Source of the DNA: Squalus acanthias | Taxonomy: Eukaryota | Reading direction: 5' to 3' | Length of the DNA stretch: 64,000 nt | NCBI GenBank assembly: GCA_030390025.1 | Contig: CM059431.1 | Span: forward strand, 133,302,001-133,366,000 | Shown: one piece after another, positions 37,811 to 50,893 of the stretch | How the letters are laid out: each line of letters opens with the position of its first letter | Position numbering within the stretch: position 1 is the first letter of the stretch | Notes under the pieces: model-generated | What the model saw: the letters and a program-made list of their open reading frames with translations, nothing else | Told to the model about the DNA's origin: nothing | The model's database searches: none | Translations under genes and position numbers: made by a program

Positions 37811-40039
37811 CCTCCTTGAGATACAGGCCGACATTCCATTAGCCTTTTTGATTACTTTGTGCACCTGTGCACTAGCTTTTAGTGATTTAGCCAAGCCACA
37901 GCTCCTAGTCTCTCACCATTAAGAAAATATTCTGATTTGTCTTTCTTTTTTATTTTTAATTGTTGAAGTTCAGAATCACAATCTAACGTATCTTTTTCAT
38001 TTTAACCCAGAACTATTAAAGCCGATGATATGAAAGTATACCCAGAAAGATCTATGCTGATAAGTGAAATGTCAAAGTGGTATTCAACAGTAGTCAGCAT
38101 AAATATTGAAATGTATTTCCTAACTGCAGTTTGTTTTATCATGGTTACTTGATAGCAACACAACAGCAACCAGATAACAGTTAACTGTAATAGCATTATA
38201 ATAATATATAAAACCTATGACATTATTTACAGTTCAAGTACACCTCCCTTAAAACTATTTTATAGCATCACACCCCGATAACAGATAAAGTCTGCCTACA
38301 ACTGTAAAAACAATATGATGTTTGTTTAAAAAGTCAACAACCAAACAAGCCCAACCACACCTATTCTAGGCACTACAGTGAATAGTTACTGCACCCTGCA
38401 TTTATTGGAGCAAATTACACCATTAGGTGAGTCACACTGATGAATAAACTTTAAAACAATTTAAAATATTCAAGAAACAACTCCTCAAACAATGCAAATA
38501 TAAGGAAGAGAGTTCATTCTATGATTGAAACGCAAGAGATCATCCATCATAGGTAAATTGGTTGCTTAGAAGACAGTGGATTTTCGGCTATGAATTCTGG
38601 TTTAGATGGTGTAAAATTTGTACATTTATGAAGGTGAATCCAAAACCAAAGTTCAAACTGAATAATGGCGCATGTCCTTATTCTGGTTGGTAATGCTTCT
38701 CCATTCACCCCTCCCTCTCTTCCTTCAACTCCACTGACCAGGTAACCACAGCTGTCAGCAACAATGGGCATATACAGTGCTACCATCAGGATTTATACCT
38801 CAAACCAGGTCATCAGTGGAAAAATTCATGAGCACGAGGCTGGGAAAGATTGCCCCTCTCTCAACCAGATTTAGTGGTAAAATGCTTCCAGACCCAAATT
38901 AAACACTTATGGTGGTTTCACAGACCACAGTGTAAAGTAACACACCACAAATTCTGTCCATTTAATATTTCTGTCAATGTTTCAAGATAATAATTTCCCT
39001 ATTTAAATTTTTGAGGCTTTTGATGAAATGTAAATCTCTAAGTTACATTATTACAAGATTAGTGCAGATGCCCTTCCAGCAACTCGTGCAACTGGCTCAG
39101 GCAACTACAGGGTGATTAATGTACACATCAGTATCAGGGAAACAAATCGAAATAATGGACAGGCTGGGAGGAGTACCTGCACAAATTAATAAAAAGTCAG
39201 CATGAATTTAAAATGAGAAGATCTTACCTGGGAATTCACCTCAACTTTGAGCATGTTACAGATAAAATAGCCTATGATATTGCTTATTTAGGCTTTCGGA
39301 AAGCTTTTGACAAAGTTTAATAGAAGCCTTTTATGTGGAACTAAGAAACCTATGAATTTAGGGTGCAACATGATACTGGTTAAGAAAATGGTTGAAAAAT
39401 AGGAGAGAGTAGCTGTGAGGGGGTAATGTCAAACCAAGGGGGCTATTAAGTGGTGTCCCACAGGGGTCAGTGTTTGGATACCGGTACGATAACGTAGGAG
39501 TTTAAATAACCTAAAAATAAAATGGAGATATTTGTTGCAGAATGTTTGGTAGATGTCAGTATCTTTCTAGAAATTGTCTGTATCAAGTATAAATATTATA
39601 CACAGACGTCATTGTGAGCCATGAAGGTACTACATTTGTGGGAAAACAAAGTCATTTTCTGAAGGTGCATAGAAGGGAAATATGTTAATGTAATGGTCTG
39701 AATCAAACACGTCATCGGTGTTATGTGGATAAAAACCAACACTGACATGCAGAATAATACATCTTTTAATTACGTTCTCCTCTTACCCTCCCAACAAACC
39801 GCACTGCATACATCACTCAAGCAAGCTCTTTCAGTTTATTTAATCATCTGAACCTGCTAAGTGTTTTACAGCCTTGTAAACACACTCCTAAGCATTTGCT
39901 ATTTGCTATAAAATAAAAAGATAAGTTGATGAGAGATCTGGGGCTGCCTAAATTCCAGTTGACTCTTAGTTTTCCAATCATTTGTTGAGGGGATGGGAAA
40001 GGAAAAGGAAGGCAACTTCAAAAGCTCTTTTCAAATATA

Positions 40040-40512
40040 TTGTATAGGATTACATAGGATATACGGCACAGAAACAGGCCATGCCTGTTCCACTCGAGCC
40101 TCCTCCCGGTTGCCTCATCTAACCCTATCAGCATAATCCTCTATTCCCTTCTGCCTCATATGCTTATCTAACCGCCCCTTAAATGCATCTATACTATTCG
40201 CTTCAACCACTCTCTGTGGTAGTGAGTTCCACATTCTCACCACTCTTTGGGTAAAGAGGTTTCTTCTGAATTCCCTATTTGATTTTTTGGTGACTACCTT
40301 ATATTGATGGCCTCTAGTTTTGCTCTTCCCCACAAGTGGATACACTCTCTCTGTGTCTACTCTATCAAAACCTTTCATGATTTTAAAGACTTCTATTAGG
40401 TCACCCCTCAGCCTTCTCTTTTCAAGAGAAAAGAGACCTAGCCTGTTCATCCTTTCCTGATAGGTGTACCCTCGCATTTCTGGTATCATCCTTGTAAATC
40501 TTCTCTGCACCC
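40040..40512 (-). mobile_element. CR1 3' fragment
   Basis: ORF 40115-40582, nearly identical to 23813-24208. Confidence 0.9.
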
Positions 40513-41692
40513 AATTTACAAACAGATGGACTTTCTCATGAATTTTTTCCCGTTCCAAACTCTGCCTTTGAACCAGCTCCAAGGTGGGTGTTACTGTGGT
40601 TTAAGGAAGGTGGTATAACCAAGGTTTGATAAAAGCTTGCTCATTCCTTACACCACATTAAATAACACCCACCGACACTGTTCTTCAACAGGTATGCCAG
40701 TTGTGTAAACTTTAAGTGTGTTCAGCTTAAATAAAGGTCAAGAAGCAAAGTTCATAGCTGTCTATTTTTCTCTTGGATTGCTCAACCTGTGCTTTAGTTG
40801 ATGGCTCATTCTTGTACTCGTTTTCCTTTACTTCAGGCACTCCCCAGGTTCATTCCTCTCTTCCCTCACTGTTTGCTCTTCGGATCAATGAATTCCACGC
40901 ATCATCCAACCATATCAACTTTTCTGGTAATCCCATGCTACAATTATTAACTTCCTTCAGACTGTGTGCACAGCAGTGGAGTAGCTGAATGATTGGCCTG
41001 GATTCTCCTCTTTGCGATGGTATCATCATGGGTCAGTCTGCCTGTTGACCCAACCCCATTTTCCTAGGTCAGGTCTGTTTATGCAGTGCAGGCTCACAGC
41101 AGGATCCCTGCCAACAAGACAGCCCGTTGCTGCCACCGTGCATAATCCCAGCAGTGCTCTAGTAGGACCACCACTACAGCAACCCAAGAGGCAGCTAACC
41201 ATTTAAAGGGATGGAAGAGCCCCAAAGAGCATCCCAAAAATTGTTTTTTTTACATAAAGGACTCGACTGAGACAGAGGCCTAGAAAGGTAAGGCACTGGG
41301 TTGAAATGGAGGGAGGGGGAAGTTACTACTGGGCGCTTTCCCTCCATTAAAAGAATTCTGGAGCCTTGGGCCTACCACCACCTTTCTCCAGGCAGTCCCA
41401 GGAAGTGGCAGACAGCAGAAAAATCAGCCGGGAAGCCAGGCCCCGCTCCCCCATCAGCATTTACACACAGCGGGCGAGGAAGGTATGGGCAGGTGGTGGG
41501 AGCAGTGGGAGAGAACTTGAGTTCAGGGCAGGAATGCAGCAGTGAGATTTGCTGCCCAATTTTGACCCCTTTTCTGCCACTATTCTACTCTATTTCAGGC
41601 GAGGCTGCAAAGGAATATCCAGCCCACTATGTCTTCATCTCCTGCATGAACTTCAAGAGGGTAATGAAAAACGTGTTTCTTTCAAAGACTTT

Positions 41693-42910
41693 GGCCTCAA
41701 TTTTAACACCCGCCCCCCCTCGCACAGCGAGATTGGTGTGTGGGAGGAGTTAAGATTAGGCTGAGTCGACTTACTGGTCTGAAGTTGCTCCATTCTCGCC
41801 TGGCGCCATTTCATCTTTGCCTACTTTTACGTCGGCCGAGGCACTTGCTGCAGGGCAGGCGAAGTTCTGCACTATCTGGAGCCCCGCTGCAGAGCCATGG
41901 TGGGGGGCACCGACTGGCCAGAAGAGGCCATTTTTATAAAACTGGCAAGTTTTATAAAAATTATTTCTGTCAGAACTCCTAGTGGGCCAGGAGGAGCAGG
42001 AATGCTGCACCTCTCCAGCCCAGGCCTCCCCGCCATCCCCAAGTGCCTCCAGACCTGTTCTGCCACAAGGGGCTGGATTTTCATTGACCCGTGGAGGTGG
42101 GTTTGGAGGCGTGTGGGGGGTTAAAATTGCGAAAACTGGCGGGCAGGCACAAGCCCGCCTCCATCCAATTTTCATTAAATCGTGTCTGCTGGTCCCGACT
42201 CCGTCCCGCCTCCAAGAGGCGGGATAGGCTGTTAAGGCCCTTAACAAGCACTAAATTGCCTCTATAATGCCATTTTGAAAGGCCTTTGTGATTTTAACCC
42301 TTTTTCTGCGTGAAGCACGCCTGTTCTGAACCACGAATGTGAAACCTGGCGGGAGCACATTTGGCTGGCTATGGGGATGCATATATGGATGGCTATGTGG
42401 AGGAGACATATCTGGGAGCAGTGGTGTAAAAATATCTGGGAGCAGACTTAGGGCTGCTGCTGCTCATTTTGCATCCAGGTCCTCTCACAGCAAAGGCCAG
42501 GCAGTCTTTGCAGACCTTCAATGCAGCAGCAATGATGACATCATCAGAGGCGACTTTCAGACTGAAAACACTAATTGGGTCATGGGTTCCCACATGCTGG
42601 AACTCAATTGCCCAATTAGGTGAAAATTGCATCAATCTCCCACATCCAATTGCAGTCGGGTGGATAACACGAAAAGTGGATGACACGACCCCAACCTGCC
42701 CCAGTATCAAAATCCAGCCCTGACTGTCCCACGGGTCTCTGGCTACGGCCTCCTCCCACAAAATTTCCACTCCCGCCCGCAGGCTAGGTGATGGATCTCA
42801 TCGGTGTGGGGTGGGACTCCAGGAGTATTAAATGTAAATGATGCCCTGCCGTTAAGATCGGCAGGGCCTCCACGTCCCCGTACTCTCCAGGTGCGCCGCC
42901 TGCTTTGGGC
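41693..42910. mobile_element. Nested MITE cluster; inner element about 42070-42720
   Basis: Outer start GGCCTCAATTTTAAC. Inner perfect TIRs GGGCTGGATTTT / AAAATCCAGCCC. Outer right end uncertain. Confidence 0.6.
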
Positions 42911-43289
42911 TTATATGCACCATTCCTGCCCCCTTTATGTCTCTTAAGTCTAACCAACTCCTCTAACCTTTGATGGCTTCACCCTTAGTCCTTAATTTAT
43001 CAGTATGCTTATTCTTACTATCTTCTCTGGCCTCAAGCAGAATTCCCACATCTCTTCCATTGCTAAAGCTGACTCCAAGAAGCTCAATTTCCTCTTTGAT
43101 GCCGAACATTTCTACCATGTACCAGGTACACAGTCTTCCTCCTCCATAAATGTGCAATGTATTGAAATCAGGACTATTATTCTAACTAATTTGTTCCCGT
43201 GTTCTCAAAACCATGCAACTCCTCACCTCCCTCAGTCTTTCAATCTTTCTACAATTTGTTTCTTCTATTTCTGCCATTTTATACTTTTT

Positions 43290-43654
43290 CCTACCCTATT
43301 GGAGGCATGGCGATGGACCCTGCTTCCCTCTGGCATCTCGCCAAAGTGGTCATCCTTAAAGCACGATTCTAAACATTGCCAATAAGCTATTTAACAGTGA
43401 GGGCCATCTCAGGCTGGTCTGATCCTGTTTTGCCAGACCTCCACGCTTCCCGCAGGGATCACTTGATAGCGATCAGTATCGCTTACTCTAGCCAATTTTC
43501 CCCTCTCTAACCTGGGAAGCTAAGCAAAATGTAGTTTTGCTTGTGATCCACTAACTCAGCACAGACTGGGGATTAGAACCTAGGACCTTCCTGGTTTGGA
43601 TGGCTGAGCTAATCAGGACCGTCGGGCTTATCTAGTTGAGCCATCAGGGAGTCC
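43290..43654 (-). mobile_element. LF-SINE-like element, near full length
   Basis: Minus strand reads tccctgatggctca...ccaggaaggtcctaggttc..tccccagtctgtgctgagttag...gaggggaaaa...ctgatcgctatc.agtga.ccctgc, matching my recollection of LF-SINE. A 5' head fragment also lies at about 31175-31250. Confidence 0.65.
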
Positions 43655-44861
43655 ATCCCAAGCTTGACATCACATAATTACTTGAGTTATCTTGCCTTCC
43701 TTTTTACTCTTTTCAAACTTGGTGTTGTCCTGCGTGAGAAGCAAAGGCCCTTAACTGCAAGTTCCTAAGTTTAAAAAAAAAGCTAAAAAATCTTTGAGTA
43801 CTCAAGGTTGTTTTACTAACATAATGAACAAAAAAAAGTGTTGTTTTGTTACAAGTGACTGTAACAGTATCAGTTACAAGTGACTGATACTGCTGAATGT
43901 TGTAGGTCTCCCTTTAAAACTATTTCTGCATTTTATCTTGAATAAAATTAATCAATTGCTTACAGCCAGAGCTACCAACACAGGGAAATGCTAGGGCTGA
44001 GATTTATGTTCAAAATGAACGAGTCAGACCCATTTAAATAATTAGAGCTGTATTTACTTTTAGATTTTTACTTTGATTTACTTTTTTGATACATTTCAAA
44101 GGAGGTTACATTTTGAAAACCAAAATGACTAAGTTTCACTCCAAATGAATGTAGTTTGACAGGCCTGGTTGCAGCATACAAGATTCAGTATAGTTAATGT
44201 ATACTGGCAGAGTGCAGCAATATGTCAAGCACATCTACAGAGATGAACACTTTAAAGACCACTAACTCATGGGTTAGGAAAGTAACTAGTCAAGCTTTTG
44301 TTTCCCCTTTTTTGAGTGCTTTAGAGAAATATTTTTCCATCAATTTCCCACATTACAACAGTGACTCCACTTCAAAAGTACTTCATTGGCTGTAAAGCGC
44401 TTTGAGACGTCCGGTGGTCATGAAAGGCGCTATATAAATGCAAGTCATTGTTTTTCAATGTAAATTATTTTCTTTAAAAGGACAACTTTTAGTAATTTTT
44501 TTTACACACTAGTTACTGATAATTGTCATAGACCAGATCATCCCATCTGACGATAATGCTTAAATAATTCAAATGAATGACAATATGTACATGTATACAA
44601 GAACCTGCCTACACAAAGCTTAACTTTTCTCAACAGCCACTTAACATCAGAGAACACTGTCCCCTAGTGGTAGCTGAGCATAATTACAGGCACAGGTTTC
44701 CAGAGTTAATTCTCTTATCCCAGCACTGACATTATAAAACCTAAATTTTAAATCACTGCTGCATTAAACTATCTGAACTAGAATGCTGGTCATTTACTAT
44801 TCCACTTATATCAATATGTTCTCTTTTACCAAAAGAAAAATATCTAGTATTCCACACTTAC

Positions 44862-45008
44862 CAATCGGATTTCTGTCAAAGAATAAAACAGGAGCTCTTA
44901 TAATAGATGTAAACATTCTGTTATGCAACGTCTGTGATGCATTAACCAGTACTTTGAAAATGATCAAACTTCTGATAACTCCAAACAGTATCACAGCTAT
45001 TGTTAAAC
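44862..45008 (-). CDS. ABCC4: ABCC4-like coding exon (about exon 19), 147 nt
   Basis: ccag|GT TTA...ATT G|gtaagt encodes (G)[48 protein letters not shown](G), containing the ABCC hallmark [12 protein letters not shown]. Confidence 0.95.
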
Positions 45009-45326
45009 CTGGAGGGGGAAAATAAAACAATATATTGCTTGGTCAGCTCATCAACTGATTTTAAAATTAATAATTTAACATGACAGCATTGGAGCAATTT
45101 GGCCTGAATACATCAAAGAAGAAACTGAATTATAATACTGCAGTTCTTTGAAATTCATGTTCTTAAAGATGGAATTCAGGTTCAGATGTCGGTGAGCTTC
45201 ACAGGATTTTCCATCCAATAATTTTATCATGGGTGTAATTCTATGTTGTGGGCATGAATTCTGCAATTAGATATTTCAATATTTAATTAAGTAAGAATGA
45301 GAGCCAAAATGCGATACACAAGGTAT

Positions 45327-45612
45327 CAGCTGTTCTCATTTGGTAGCATTCTTGCCTGTGAGTCAAAAGGTTGTAGGTTTGAACCCTACTGCAGGTCTTG
45401 AGCTCAGAGGTCCAACTTTCGTACGATACATTTAACCATCTATCTACTGGTTCAGGTGGACATAAAAGATCCCATTCTGAAGAGCAGGGAGTTCTCCTGG
45501 TGTCCTGGCCAATATTCCTCCTTCAACCAACATTGACTACACAACTTAATGGTTGAGAAGTACTTTTGGAAATCCTAAGGGGATGTTGTAACGCATAGAT
45601 CGAAGTTCTCCC
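45327..45612 (+). mobile_element. Degenerate tRNA-headed DeuSINE-like copy
   Basis: Homologous to 60604-61083 with internal deletions. Confidence 0.65.
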
Positions 45613-45940
45613 TTTTTATCTGCACTGTTGAGAATATTTTCTTCACATACATTTTTTTCAATACTTGGTTTTACGACTGCTAAATATTACAGAATGTGGA
45701 TTCATTCCTGCAAGTTCACAATAATAAGTGAGACAAAAGTGTGAGGTACTAACTACACAGGCTCTTTCCCAGAGGGAGGGGAAAAATAGTTCAAGGGTGA
45801 GTTAACCTGGACTTCTTTTATGCACCATCACAGAGTGGTATTGACAGAAGCCTAGGAGCAAGCCATCTGCTTGTCCTCTCGGTGAAGGAATAGCACTACT
45901 GAATTATTGATTTTTTAAAAACACACCGCCTTCTCTTTAC

Positions 45941-46038
45941 CTGCATATGTTCCTAAATAAAAGTTAATATCCAGTTGCTGGGTTGTGTTATTCGGACCAG
46001 TTACTTGAGTAGTATTCAACTGCTCTTGACTTGTAGCC
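45941..46038 (-). CDS. ABCC4: ABCC4-like coding exon (about exon 18), 98 nt, extracellular loop
   Basis: tttgcag|G GCT ACA...TAT GCA G|gtaaag encodes (W)ATSQEQLNTTQVTGPNNTTQQLDINFYLGTYA(G). N-x-T sequons and LDxNxYLG as in MRP4. Phase 2 to 1. Confidence 0.9.
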
Positions 46039-46302
46039 CTGCAAAACATAACAGCAACACATGTTACAGAACAAGGCAAAGCTCGACATAAAAATACTTG
46101 TATGTGAATTCGCCAGTTATACACAGTGTTCACGTCCCAGTTTGAACTTACTATGCTTGTGCTGAGTTCTCTTCCTCAACATTGCAGTTTTCAGTCAGAG
46201 TACTAGTGATACGGTGCAGAACCTTTTCTTAACTACAAGTGCATTGTACAAGAAAACATTTTCCCTTAAAGATGTATGCCTTATTTTATAATTAAAAAAA
46301 AA

Positions 46303-46890
46303 ATTCATTCATGGGATATGGGTATCGCTGGCAAGGCCAGCATTTATTGCCCATCCCTAGTTGCCCTCGAGAAGGTGGTGGTGAGCCGCCATCTTGAACC
46401 GCTGCAGTCCGTGTGCTGAAGGTACTCCCACAGTGCTGTTAGGGAGGGAGTTCCAAGATTTTGACCCAGTGACGATGAAGGAACGGCGATATATTTCCAA
46501 GTCAGGATGGTGTATAACTTGGAGGGGAACTTGCAGGTGATGGTGTTCCCACACGCCTGCTGCCCTTGTCCTTCTAGGTGGAAGAGGTTGCGGGTTTGGA
46601 AAGTGCTGTCGAAGAAGCCTTGGCGAGTTGCTGCAGTGCATCTTGTAGATGGTATACACTGCAGCCACGGTGCGCTGGTCGGCGGAGGGAGTGAATGTTT
46701 AAGGTTGTGGATGGCGTGCAAATCAAGCGGAGTGTTTTGTACTGGATAGTGTCGAACTCCTGGAGTGTTGTAACTGCGCTTATCCATGCAAGTGGAGAGT
46801 ATTCTATCACACTCCTGACCTGTGCCTTATAGCTGGTGGAAAGGCTTTGGGGAGTCATGAGGTGAGTCACTTGTCACTGAACACCCAGCC
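46303..46890 (-). mobile_element. LINE family B 3' end
   Basis: YKAQVRSVIEYSPLAW...SWNSLP...AHHHLLEGN*, followed by a (TGAA)n-like tail at about 46303-46312. Confidence 0.85.
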
Positions 46891-47476
46891 ATATGTGTCC
46901 AAGTCAGGTTGGCGTGTGACTTGGTCGCGGTTTTGGAACTTTCCAAATTATAAGAGATCAAAAGACATTAAGATAGAAAGTGGGGATAATTGATAAACTA
47001 ATCAAACTTCGGGAGGATTAAACCCCTGGTCTGGATAGATTACAGCTGCACATATTAAAAGAAGTTAGGGATGAGATTGCAGAGGCACTATTACATATGT
47101 GTAAAAAATCATTAGAAAAGGAAATAGTGCCAAAGGATTTACAGACAGCTAATGTTATTCTGATATTTAAAAAAGGAGATAGAACAGGTCCAGGCAACTA
47201 TAGACCAGCTACCTTAACGTCGGTGGTAGGAAAGATAATGGAATCTTTACTCGACGATGTAAGAGAAAAACATCTAGAAACGGAAAATATAATAAAGAGT
47301 AGTCAGCACGGATTTCAAAAGGGAGGGTCATGCTTGACCGACCTTACTGAATTCTTTGAAGAAGTAACAGAAAGAGTAGACAAGGATAATGCAAGATGTA
47401 ATATATTTGGATTTTCAAAAGGCCTTCGATGAGGTACTGCATACTAGATTCATGATCAAGGTCAGAGCATGTGGAC

Positions 47477-47614
47477 CAACGTTCCCTTTAAGCTGTGTGG
47501 CTGTGCTCTGAAGGTCCCTTGCAGCCGGTGAGCCGGTATTTAAATAGAAAAACCGCGAATGCGCAGAAATTTGAATGGCCAGCGCAGCCCAAAAATAAAA
47601 TAGAGGGAACATTG
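47477..47614. mobile_element. 138-bp non-autonomous hAT transposon
   Basis: TIRs CAACGTTCCCT / AGGGAACATTG and perfect 8-bp TSD ATGTGGAC (47469-47476, 47615-47622). A right-end-only relative lies at about 31020-31088. Confidence 0.9.
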
Positions 47615-48409
47615 ATGTGGACTCAGGGGACAGGTAGCAAAATGGATAGCAAGCTGGCTACAAACAAAGAGTAGAGATTAAGGGCAATTACTCAGACTGG
47701 CGGAAGGCAGGAATTGGTGTTCTTCAGGGATCGTGGCTGGGACCACTGCTGTTCACCATTTACATCAATGATTTGGACTCGGGAATCAGAAGTACAATTT
47801 AAAATTGGCGGAAGACAGCAAATTGGTAGGTGCAGTTAATACAAAGGAAGAATGTGACAAAATACAGAAAGGCATTAATAAACCTGCAGAATGGGCATGT
47901 AATTGGCAAATGAATTGCAATACAGTTAAGTGTGAGAAGGTGCATTTTGGTAGTAAGAATAAGGAAGCCACATACTGCTTGGATAATAAGAGTCTAAATG
48001 GGGTAGAGGGGCAAAGGGATCTAGGGGTACAGATACACAAATCACTAAAAGTGGCGACGCAGGTTAATAAAAGAAAGACTTGCATTTATATAGCGCCTTT
48101 CACATTTATATAGCCACCTGACATCCCAAAGTGCTTTACAGCCAATGAAGTACTTTTTGAAGTGTAGTCACTGTTGTAATGTAGGAAATGCAGCAGCCAA
48201 TTTGCGCACAGCAAGCTCCCACAAACAGCAATGTGATAATGAGCAGATAATCTGCATATTTGTATAAGGCCATAGAAGGAGGCAAACCAAGCACTGGTGT
48301 TCATTTCTAGAGGGATAGAATTAAAGCAGGGGAGTTATGTTAAACTTGTATAGAACATTGGTTAGACTACACTTCTGGTCTCCATATTATAAAAAGGATT
48401 TTATTTTTA

Positions 48410-49570
48410 AATTTGTTTATGGGATGTGGGTGTCGCTGGCAAGGCCAGCATTTATTGCCCATCCCTAGTTGCCCTTGAGAAGGTGGTGGTGAGCCGCCTT
48501 CTTGAACCGCTGCAGTCCGTGTGGTGAAGGTACTCCCACAGTGCTGTTAGGGAGAGAGTTCCAGGATTTTGACCCAGTGACGATGAAGGATCGGCGATAT
48601 ATTTCCAAGTCAGGATGGTGTGTAACTTGGAGGAGAACTTGCAGGTGATGGTGTTCCCATGTGCCTGTTGCCCTTGTCCTTCTAGGTGGAAGAGGTCGCA
48701 GGTTTGGGAGGTGCTGCCAAAGGAGCCTTGGCGAGTTGCTGCAGTGCATCTTGGAGATGGTACACACTGCAGCCACGGTACGCCGGTGGTGGAGGGAGTG
48801 AATGTTTAAGGTGGTGGATGGGGTGCCAATCAAGCGGGCTGCTTTGTCCTGGATGGTGTCGAGCTTCTTGAGTGTTGTTGGAGCTGCACTCATCCAGGCA
48901 AGTGGAGAGTATTCCATCACACTCCTTACTTGTGCCTTGTAGATGGTGGAAAGGCTTTGGGGAGTCAGGAGGTGAGACACTCGCCACAGAATACCTAGCC
49001 TCTGACCTGCTCTTGTTGCCACAGTATTTATGTGGCTGGTCCAGTAAAGTTTCTGATCAATGGTGAACCCCCAGGATGTTGATAGTGGGGGATTCGGCGA
49101 TGGTAATGCCGTTGAATGTCAAGGGGAGGTGGTTAGACTCTCGCTTGTTGGAGATAGTCTTTGCCTGGCACTTCTGTGGCGCGAATGTTACCTGCCACTT
49201 ATCAGCCCAAGCCTGAACGTTGTCCAGGTCTTGTGTGCGGGCATGGACTGCTTCATTATCTGAGGAGTTGTGAATGGCGCTGAACATTGTGCAGTCATCA
49301 GCGGACATCCCCATTTCTGACATGTTGGAGGGAAGGTCATTGACGAAGCCCTGAGGAACTCCTGCAGCGATGTCCTGGGGCTGTGATGATTGACCTTCAA
49401 CCACCACAACCATCTTCCTTTGTGCTAGGTATGACTCCAGCCAGTGGAGAGTTTTCCCCCCGATTCCCACTGACGTCAGTTTTACTCGGGCTCCTTGATG
49501 CCACACTCGGTCAAATGCTGCCTTGATGTTTCAGGCAGTCACTCTCACCTCACCTCTGGAATTCAGCTCC
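48410..49570 (-). mobile_element. LINE family B RT to 3' end
   Basis: ORFs 49057-49506 and 48465-49022 (ADDCT, AWADKWQVTF, YSPLAW). Confidence 0.88.
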
Positions 49571-50289
49571 TTGGATATAGTGGCACCGGAGATGGTGCAA
49601 AAAAGATTAAGGGTAATACCAGAAATGAGAGGATATATTCATCAGGAAAGGCTGAACAGGCTGGGGGCTCTTTTTTTCTAGAAAAGATAAGGTTGAGGAG
49701 TGACCTGATAGAGGTCTTTAAGATAATGAAAGGGTTTGATAGGGTAGACGAAGAGAAAATGTTTCCACTTGTGGGGAAGACCAAAACTAGGGGCCATAAA
49801 TACAAGATAGTCACCAATAAATCAATAAGGAATTCAGGAGAATCTTCTTTACCCAGAGAGTGGTGAGAATGTGGAACGCACTACCACAAGGAGTAGTTGA
49901 TCAGTAATAGTATGGATGCATTTAAGGGAAGCTAGATAAGCACATGAGGGAGAAAGGAATAGAAGCATATGCTGATAGGGTTAGATGAAGAGGGGTGGGA
50001 GGAGGCTCGTGTGGAGCATAAATATCGGCATAGACAAGTTGGGCCGAATGACCTGTTTTTGTGCTGTAGACGCTATGTAACTTCTGCTCCTCAATTTGCA
50101 AACTACGCCTGTAGTAGATACTGTAGTCATTATGGGTGGAAAGTGACTGCAGGTTAGGGGTCCTTACTGTCTTTTCCGCTAAAGGCCCAACAATTGGGCA
50201 CTTGCCCAAAACAATTGCTACTTGTTTTTGTGAAAGGAGTAACAGGTAATAAATTTAAGATGAGCATACAAGGTAATTCTAAAGATAGT

Positions 50290-50464
50290 GGGATTGAATT
50301 TCCGTGGGGTTTTCCTGATCTCCAGCTATAATTTCAGCAGAAGATCAAGCAGAAACCCTGCAGCAATTTTGTAAAAAGCCGTTTACACTGTTACTGCAGG
50401 ATTTCCCCGATCTTCTGCCGTAGTTATGGTTGCCGATTCGGAGAAACCTGTGGAAATTTTACCC
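50290..50464. mobile_element. Short fold-back MITE, about 175 bp
   Basis: gggattgaatttcc.tggggttttcc ... gagaaacctgtggaaattttaccc, with internal inverted arms gaagatc/gatcttc and ctgcag. Confidence 0.6.
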
Positions 50465-50576
50465 TAGTATTTTGCTAAAACAATTATATTCAAAATATGT
50501 AATAAACATTAAGATACAGCTTACTCAAAGCACCTATGAGAGGAGAGGCACCCATGATTTACCTGGCGCAGGCCTG

Positions 50577-50893
50577 GCTGTCTTTCGAATGGGACGTTAA
50601 ACTGAGGCCATATCTGCCCTCTCAGGTGGACATAAAAGATCCCATAGTACTATTCACATAAGAGCATCTCTCCGGTATCCTGGCCAATATCTCTCCCTCA
50701 ACCAACATCACTGAAACAGATTATCTGGTCATTATCACATTGCTGTTTGTGGGACCTTGCTGTGTGCAAATTGGCTGCTGCGTTTCCTACATTACAACAG
50801 TGACTACACTTCAAAAGTACTTCATTGGCTGTAAAGCGCTTTGGGACGTCCTGAGGTCGTGTAAGACGCTATATAAATGCAAGTCTTTCTTTC
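50577..50893 (+). mobile_element. DeuSINE-like copy, 5'-truncated
   Basis: Reverse complement of about 60620-60945. Shorter tails of the same SINE at about 22930-22992 and 44345-44445. Confidence 0.8.

Larger units (their letters stand above)
46950..50080 (+). mobile_element. Degenerate CR1 hosting a hAT element, a SINE piece (about 48070-48255) and a family B LINE
   Basis: Collinear ORF2 fragments 47097-47432, 47805-48065, 48265-48400 and 49570-49990. Confidence 0.8.
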
